A stretch of 29,292 bases of DNA from contig JADFGI010000001.1 in NCBI GenBank assembly GCA_022567815.1, positions 1 to 29,292 on the forward strand, written 5' to 3'. This document shows positions 24,223 to 29,292 of the stretch, in pieces. How positions within the stretch are numbered: the first letter of the stretch is position 1; every line of letters starts with the position of its first letter. The notes below the pieces were generated by a model. It was not told the DNA's origin. It made no database searches and saw only the letters and a list, made by a program, of their open reading frames with translations. The stretch comes from Nitrospinota bacterium. GTDB lineage: Bacteria; Nitrospinota; Nitrospinia; Nitrospinales; VA-1. Made by a program: the position numbers and the translations under genes.

Positions 24223-25872
24223 ATGACCTATTCACCTAAAAGAACTCCAAGAAAGTCTTTCCTTTCCAAGCTGAGGGTTGTTTGCTGTATTAGCTTGCTG
24301 GCTCTTTTAGCAGGGTGTGCTACGACAACCCAGTTGACTGATACAACTTTAGGAATCTCGGAACAGTTGCCTGCCAAAATAGCCATCTATTTTAAAAAAA
24401 TAGTTTCAAATAGACATGAACATGGGGCGAAAGAAGAAGACTATCAAGAATATATCCAGGAGATATTTACTCAGGTATTTTCAGAAGTTGAAGTGGTGAA
24501 CGAACTTGAAGATGTAGAGGAAACCAGATCAATAGCAATCGTTTTGATAGACTTTGATTCTTCTACAGGAATGTTTATCAATTCCCGTGCTAAAATTCGG
24601 TTTCTTGATACCAACGGCCAAGAACTCTTCTCTGGTAGGAATAATTCTTCGACTCCAAATTGGTGGAACTCAGTCGATGACCACAGAAACGCCGCTATTG
24701 CTACTTTCACCCCCCTCATCCGAAATTTGAGTCAAAGTGGGAAAGTCTTAAGCTATATCAGATCTAAACCAGCACTACATTATGCGGCGAAGTTCACTAA
24801 ACCATCGAGAGTGTTGATCTATGCGAAAGCGGACTCCACCCCGCCCTCCATCGTCATAACGTCTCATAAGATCAAGCGTGGGGTCTATGTGGTGGACAAT
24901 TCTTCCCGGACGGAAATCACCGGGCGAGCGGTGGACCCCAGCGGGGTGGTGGAGGTGAAGCTTAATGGCGAGTCAATTTTCCTTGATGCGGAGGGAAACT
25001 TTAAGGGCGATATCTTTCTGAGGGTAGGTGAGAACAAAGTAGTGATAACGGCGATGGACACTCAGCAGAACTTTGTCAGAAAAGATTTTGTCATCAAAAG
25101 AAACCCGAAAACCACCATGGTCCGCAAAGATGAGGTAACCGGACAGAAAGATTTTGGCAGGTTTTATGCCTTGATCATCGGCAACAACAATTATCAACAC
25201 TTGCCTAAACTCGAAACCGCCCGTAACGATGCAAAATCGCTTGAAAAAATTCTAAGAGAAAAGTATGGCTTTGAAACAGAGGTGTTGCTGGATGCGAAGA
25301 GAGATGAAATTTTAGAGCGCCTCAATAAAATCAGAAAAAGACTGGAGCAGAGCGACAGTTTTCTTTTATATTATGCCGGTCATGGTGAGTTCGATAAATC
25401 ATCGGGCAAGACCTATTGGCTACCCGTGGACGCCAAACTTGATGATGACACCAAATGGATTCTGGCCGATCGGATCACATCGAATATCAAGCGTTTCGCT
25501 TCCAACCATATTCTCATCGTGGCCGACAGCTGTTATTCAGGAACCATGACCAGAAGCCTGAAGACGGATGTGGACACCAAGGGTACTCGAAACATATACC
25601 TCAAAAAAATGCTCAATAAGCCCTCACGAACCCTGATCGCAAGCGGCGGGAACGAACCCGTGACCGATATTGGGGGTGAAGGTCATTCGGTCTTTGCGCA
25701 AGTGTTTTTAAAAGCCCTGAATTCGGTGGAAGATAAGGTCTTTACCGCCGAGGAACTATTTTACGGCTATCTAAAAGAAGCCGTTGCGGGAAGGTCCGAG
25801 CAGACCCCCGAATACAGCATCATCCGCAATTCCGGGCATGAAGGTGGGGATTTTCTGTTTGTGAGGGAATAA
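24223..25872 (+). CDS. Lipoprotein with Ig-like domain and C-terminal caspase-family (peptidase C14) domain
   Basis: Lipobox LLAGC; beta-rich DSTPPSI..GENKVVITAMD segment; ALIIGNNNY..NDA..YYAGHG..ADSCYSG His/Cys dyad. Confidence 0.88.
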   Translation: MTYSPKRTPRKSFLSKLRVVCCISLLALLAGCATTTQLTDTTLGISEQLPAKIAIYFKKIVSNRHEHGAKEEDYQEYIQEIFTQVFSEVEVVNELEDVEETRSIAIVLIDFDSSTGMFINSRAKIRFLDTNGQELFSGRNNSSTPNWWNSVDDHRNAAIATFTPLIRNLSQSGKVLSYIRSKPALHYAAKFTKPSRVLIYAKADSTPPSIVITSHKIKRGVYVVDNSSRTEITGRAVDPSGVVEVKLNGESIFLDAEGNFKGDIFLRVGENKVVITAMDTQQNFVRKDFVIKRNPKTTMVRKDEVTGQKDFGRFYALIIGNNNYQHLPKLETARNDAKSLEKILREKYGFETEVLLDAKRDEILERLNKIRKRLEQSDSFLLYYAGHGEFDKSSGKTYWLPVDAKLDDDTKWILADRITSNIKRFASNHILIVADSCYSGTMTRSLKTDVDTKGTRNIYLKKMLNKPSRTLIASGGNEPVTDIGGEGHSVFAQVFLKALNSVEDKVFTAEELFYGYLKEAVAGRSEQTPEYSIIRNSGHEGGDFLFVRE

Positions 25873-25957
25873 ACTCCCAAGCTGGATTAGTAACGAAAAG
25901 TTCCTCTTCCTCCATTCAAATAACCAGGAGCGCAATTCCCCTTTCCCTCAAACAGAA

Positions 25958-27262
25958 TCATTTCTGCGCTTTCACAGCCGCTAATTGCGCCTGGCGGGAA
26001 AAATTAATCGAGTTGGCAAGGATGCGTGCCGATTCCTGGGGGCTGTGAAAACCTGTGCTGTTCTCGGATGAAATGAAATCCCACCGGATTTCACTTCTTC
26101 GATGCAGTTTCCGGGCCTCCTCTAGCTGGTCATCCGGTATGCCATTGTTTTGGGCTTCCACAATGGCGTCCATTGCATCCAAGAGAGAATCCTCCGCAAC
26201 ACCCAGCAACTCGGCAGTCCGGTTTTGAATGGTAATGACCCGGTCCCGCAAATGTTGCTCATCGGCTTTATGGCAGGTTTGACAAGCCTTATTGATGTTT
26301 GTCAGCGGACTCCGCAACCAGTGGTCTGAGATTTTCATGGCACCCTGCCTTATATAAGGCATATGACAATCCGAACAGGTCACACCAGACTTGGCATGAA
26401 GTCCCGAACTCCACAATTCGAATTCCGGATGTTGGATTTTGATCATGGGCGTTTTGGTTTCCTTGTGCGTCCAGTCTTTAAATTCGATAGCATCGTAATA
26501 GGTTTCAATATTTTCAATGCTCAGTCCTTCATCCCAGGGAAAAGTTAAAATTTTATCTTTCCCAGCGAAATAATATTCGACATGACATTGACCGCAGACA
26601 TAACTGCGCATTTCCTGTCGACTGGCCATGGAAAGGTCTATTCCTCTTTTTTGCATGGCATTTTTGAAAGCGGGACGGGTAATACGCAAAGCCATGGTTT
26701 TTGGGTCATGGCAATCGGCGCAGGAAGTTGCGGTGTGAAGTTTGTCTTTAAGATCATTAAAAGGTGTGCTGTTGAACGCTTCCCACCCCATGGACTTGAT
26801 GAGTTGAGGAGCTTCTGCCGCGTGACAATTGGCGCAAGCACCTGGCTGGCTGACCAATTTCACTCTTTGCGTTTTAATCTGATCGGACAAAGCATGATGA
26901 TGGCCCCGGTCTTCATTGTGGTCCTTGCTGAAGGCGTAGCCCGCCCAAAGGCGGATTAGTGCTGGGTTTTTCTCCAATTTGCTGTAGGGAACAGAACCCC
27001 CAAAAGGAGTCCCCATTGAAGAATCTTCAGTCTTTAAAAATGTATCGTATTGATTGGGAAAGTTTTTGCCCCAAACCGCTGGATCCAGTTCATCCTTACC
27101 AATTTCGACAACCTTTTGGAAGGGGATTTTGGCCTCAGCTTTTCGTTCCTGGATATTGACCAATAATGTCCCAATTCCCCACATGAGTCCGATTCCCAGA
27201 ACAAAAGAAGCGCCAAGGGCAATTAAAAATCCGAAAGAAATATTTCCGCAATCATTTTTCAT
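25958..27262 (-). CDS. nrfA: Ammonia-forming pentaheme cytochrome c nitrite reductase, catalytic subunit (c552)
   Basis: Five heme motifs (CANCH, CADCH, CGQCH, CSDCH, CQTCH); WAGYAFS, EDRGH, CHVEYYF, KIQHPEFE, ENSTGFHSP; N-terminal membrane anchor. Start at ATG 27262 with a GGAGA RBS. Confidence 0.93.
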   Translation of the reverse strand: MKNDCGNISFGFLIALGASFVLGIGLMWGIGTLLVNIQERKAEAKIPFQKVVEIGKDELDPAVWGKNFPNQYDTFLKTEDSSMGTPFGGSVPYSKLEKNPALIRLWAGYAFSKDHNEDRGHHHALSDQIKTQRVKLVSQPGACANCHAAEAPQLIKSMGWEAFNSTPFNDLKDKLHTATSCADCHDPKTMALRITRPAFKNAMQKRGIDLSMASRQEMRSYVCGQCHVEYYFAGKDKILTFPWDEGLSIENIETYYDAIEFKDWTHKETKTPMIKIQHPEFELWSSGLHAKSGVTCSDCHMPYIRQGAMKISDHWLRSPLTNINKACQTCHKADEQHLRDRVITIQNRTAELLGVAEDSLLDAMDAIVEAQNNGIPDDQLEEARKLHRRSEIRWDFISSENSTGFHSPQESARILANSINFSRQAQLAAVKAQK

Positions 27263-27294
27263 TGTTCTTTCTCCCAAAGAGTCAATCCATCTCA

Positions 27295-27777
27295 TCATCC
27301 ATGCCCGACCCCGGAATGACAGGTCAGGCAATTCATTTCTTCTTTTCCGTGAAACCGCACAACCGAAGACACCAATGCGGAATGACATTTTAGGCACTGC
27401 AGGTTTGTGACTTTTCGGTTGAACCCCGTTATACGGATGGGTTCAGGAAAATTCCCGGTTGTAAAGGCTACGCTGTGGTTCCATCCATTAATGGCTTTTA
27501 CAATGTATTTCTCGTAGAAAACCTCGGGTGTGTGGCAGTCGTTGCAGGTGGCAACGGCTTTATGGGTGCCATGGTTCCACCGGTCATAAACCGATTGCAT
27601 GATATGACAGTTGGCACAGGCTTTGGGATCATCCACCATATAAGAAAACCCCTGGCCGTATATAAACGTGAATCCCCCCAGGCCCACGATTCCACCAGCC
27701 AGAAAGAAAACGAAAATCCATAAGAAAGGAGAGGAAAATTTATTTCTGGATTTGGAATCGGGGGATCTTTCAAACAT
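27295..27777 (-). CDS. nrfH: Tetraheme cytochrome c nitrite reductase small subunit (NapC/NrfH family)
   Basis: N-terminal TM helix; four CXXCH (CANCH, CNDCH, CLKCH, CLTCH); immediately upstream of nrfA. Confidence 0.92.
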   Translation of the reverse strand: MFERSPDSKSRNKFSSPFLWIFVFFLAGGIVGLGGFTFIYGQGFSYMVDDPKACANCHIMQSVYDRWNHGTHKAVATCNDCHTPEVFYEKYIVKAINGWNHSVAFTTGNFPEPIRITGFNRKVTNLQCLKCHSALVSSVVRFHGKEEMNCLTCHSGVGHG

Positions 27778-27998
27778 ACTAAGACGGGCTCCGGGAAAGA
27801 AGTGAATAGGTATGCAAATAGGATTAGCGGATGAACCGATTCAAAACTTACATATCAGTTGTCTATTGTGATCCGAGATTTCCAATATGTACATTAAATT
27901 TTTTCGGTCACTTAGAAAAAACCTGATCTTACCTCCAAGTGAAAGCGTTTTAATTTTTCCTCTTCCCAAAACCCGCCTTTCTTGTTTATCCTCAAGGC

Positions 27999-29292
27999 AT
28001 GGCGAATCCAAAAATGTTCAGATTTTCCATCGACCGCGGTGGAACGTTTACCGATATCTACGCTGAAGTTCCCGGCGAACCTGGTTATCGAGTCCTAAAA
28101 CTGCTCTCTGAAAATCCCGACCGCTATGACGACGCTCCCCTGGAAGGCATCCGCAGAATCCTTGAAGAGCAGGGTGCGCTGGCGGCAGAGGGCGTGGACG
28201 CAAGCCAGATTGAATGGGTGCGCATGGGAACCACGGTGGCCACCAACGCCTTGCTGGAAAGAAAGGGCGCTCGAACGGCTCTTCTCATTACAAAAGGGTT
28301 TCACGATTTACTGCAAATCGGCAAGCAAAACCGGCCTCGCATCTTTGACCTGGAAATTAAAAAACCGGATCTTCTTTATGAAAAAGTTGTCGAAGTCGAT
28401 GAGCGGGTAAGATTGGCCGATCAGGTTCCGCCTGAAGAGGGGAGTCCTGCCGCCAAGGGGTTGACCGGGGAAACGGTGGAGATCCTGAAAGCGCCTGATC
28501 TCGAAAAGTTACGCCGGGAACTTGACAAACTACTTGAAGAAGGGTTCGAGAGTCTGGCGATTGTTTTACTGCACGCTTTCACCTGGCCGGCTCACGAATT
28601 GCAAATAGGCGCGTTGGCGGAAGAGATGGGCTTTACCCAGGTTTCCCTGTCCAGCCAGGTCATGCCCCGTATTAAAATTGTGGACCGAGGGCAAACCTGT
28701 TGCGTCGATGCCTACCTGACGCCGCTCATCCGCAAATATATCGAAGGGTTTCGTTCCGGTTTTCGTCAAGGCAGTGACCCGGAGTTGTTTTTCATGCAGT
28801 CGGACGGCGGCCTGGGCCGGGCGGATTGTTTCACCGGAAGCAGGGCGATTCTTTCAGGTCCGGCGGGAGGCGTGGTCGGATATGCCATGACGGCGTTTGA
28901 CGAGGAATCGCGGGAACCGGTTATCGGGTTTGACATGGGGGGAACGTCCACCGACGTTTCCCGTTTTGATGGCGAGTATGAATGGGTACACGAAACGGAA
29001 GTGGCAGGCGTTCATCTGCAGGTCCCGCAATTTGCTATCCGCACGGTGGCGGCGGGGGGAGGGTCGCGGCTGTTTTTCAAAAATGGAACGTTTGTGGTAG
29101 GGCCGGAATCTTCCGGGGCCTATCCCGGTCCGGTGTGTTACCGAAACGGTGGCCCGCTGTCGCTCACCGACGCCAATCTGGTGTTGGGACGATTGCTTCC
29201 GGAATTTTTCCCCAGGATTTTTGGGCCCAAAGAAGATCAACCTTTGGACCTGGACGCAAGCCGCAGTGCGTTTCGGCATCTCACCGATGAAA
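27999..29292 (+). CDS. Hydantoinase A / 5-oxoprolinase family protein, 5' part (runs off window end; not in the ORF track)
   Basis: Manual translation: [93 protein letters not shown]. Confidence 0.92.
   Translation, partial: MANPKMFRFSIDRGGTFTDIYAEVPGEPGYRVLKLLSENPDRYDDAPLEGIRRILEEQGALAAEGVDASQIEWVRMGTTVATNALLERKGARTALLITKGFHDLLQIGKQNRPRIFDLEIKKPDLLYEKVVEVDERVRLADQVPPEEGSPAAKGLTGETVEILKAPDLEKLRRELDKLLEEGFESLAIVLLHAFTWPAHELQIGALAEEMGFTQVSLSSQVMPRIKIVDRGQTCCVDAYLTPLIRKYIEGFRSGFRQGSDPELFFMQSDGGLGRADCFTGSRAILSGPAGGVVGYAMTAFDEESREPVIGFDMGGTSTDVSRFDGEYEWVHETEVAGVHLQVPQFAIRTVAAGGGSRLFFKNGTFVVGPESSGAYPGPVCYRNGGPLSLTDANLVLGRLLPEFFPRIFGPKEDQPLDLDASRSAFRHLTDE

Noticed and set aside
23967-24239. 90-aa ORF starting MNDPAASGRGI
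   Set aside because: It begins at and reads through the family P element, and overlaps the next gene; most likely spurious.
27263-27397. 45-aa N-terminal extension of NrfA in the ORF track
   Set aside because: It overlaps nrfH; ATG 27262 has a good RBS and gives a normal membrane-anchor N-terminus.
27780-27995. FNR/CRP-type box in the nrfH/oxoprolinase divergent spacer
   Set aside because: Only a half-site (TGTGA at ~27867); no TTGAT-N4-ATCAA or TGTGA-N6-TCACA match.
525-29290. Numerous ORF-track entries antisense to or nested within assigned genes (e.g. 3823-4386, 10517-11257, 14664-15200, 16258-16911, 28854-29279)
   Set aside because: Shadow ORFs of well-supported genes on the other strand or frame; no independent motifs.

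Overview
Bacterial chromosomal window. The host is possibly Nitrospinota (Nitrospina-like); this rests on my recall of protein styles, not a search. Positions 1-14.3 kb are a minus-strand, mostly housekeeping run: purN-lolA-rseP-hypothetical-[PEP mutase::nucleotidyltransferase fusion]-proS-rimP-nusA-infB-DUF503-rbfA-truB-rpsO (partial). Next come a hicAB toxin-antitoxin pair and a secreted 13-repeat ankyrin protein. A minus-strand greA-trmB operon ends in a single ORF fusing a receiver domain, a degenerate sigma54 AAA+ domain and an HTH to an intact LpxC. After that are an HDOD protein, an MBL-fold hydrolase, a lipoprotein with a caspase-like domain, nrfHA (the CXXCH-type NrfA) and a 5-oxoprolinase/hydantoinase truncated by the window end. 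Most of the larger intergenic spacers carry palindromic repeats from at least three dispersed families with compensatory stem changes, plus GTAG/CGTC-type REP-like units. Some repeats overlap start codons, ribosome-binding sites (RBSs) or stop codons, and one sits in the loop of a ~28-bp stem upstream of rpsO. The most novel-looking signal is the receiver/pseudo-enhancer-binding-protein-LpxC fusion, which suggests direct phosphorylation control of lipid A synthesis. No rRNA, tRNA, CRISPR array or transposase gene was seen.
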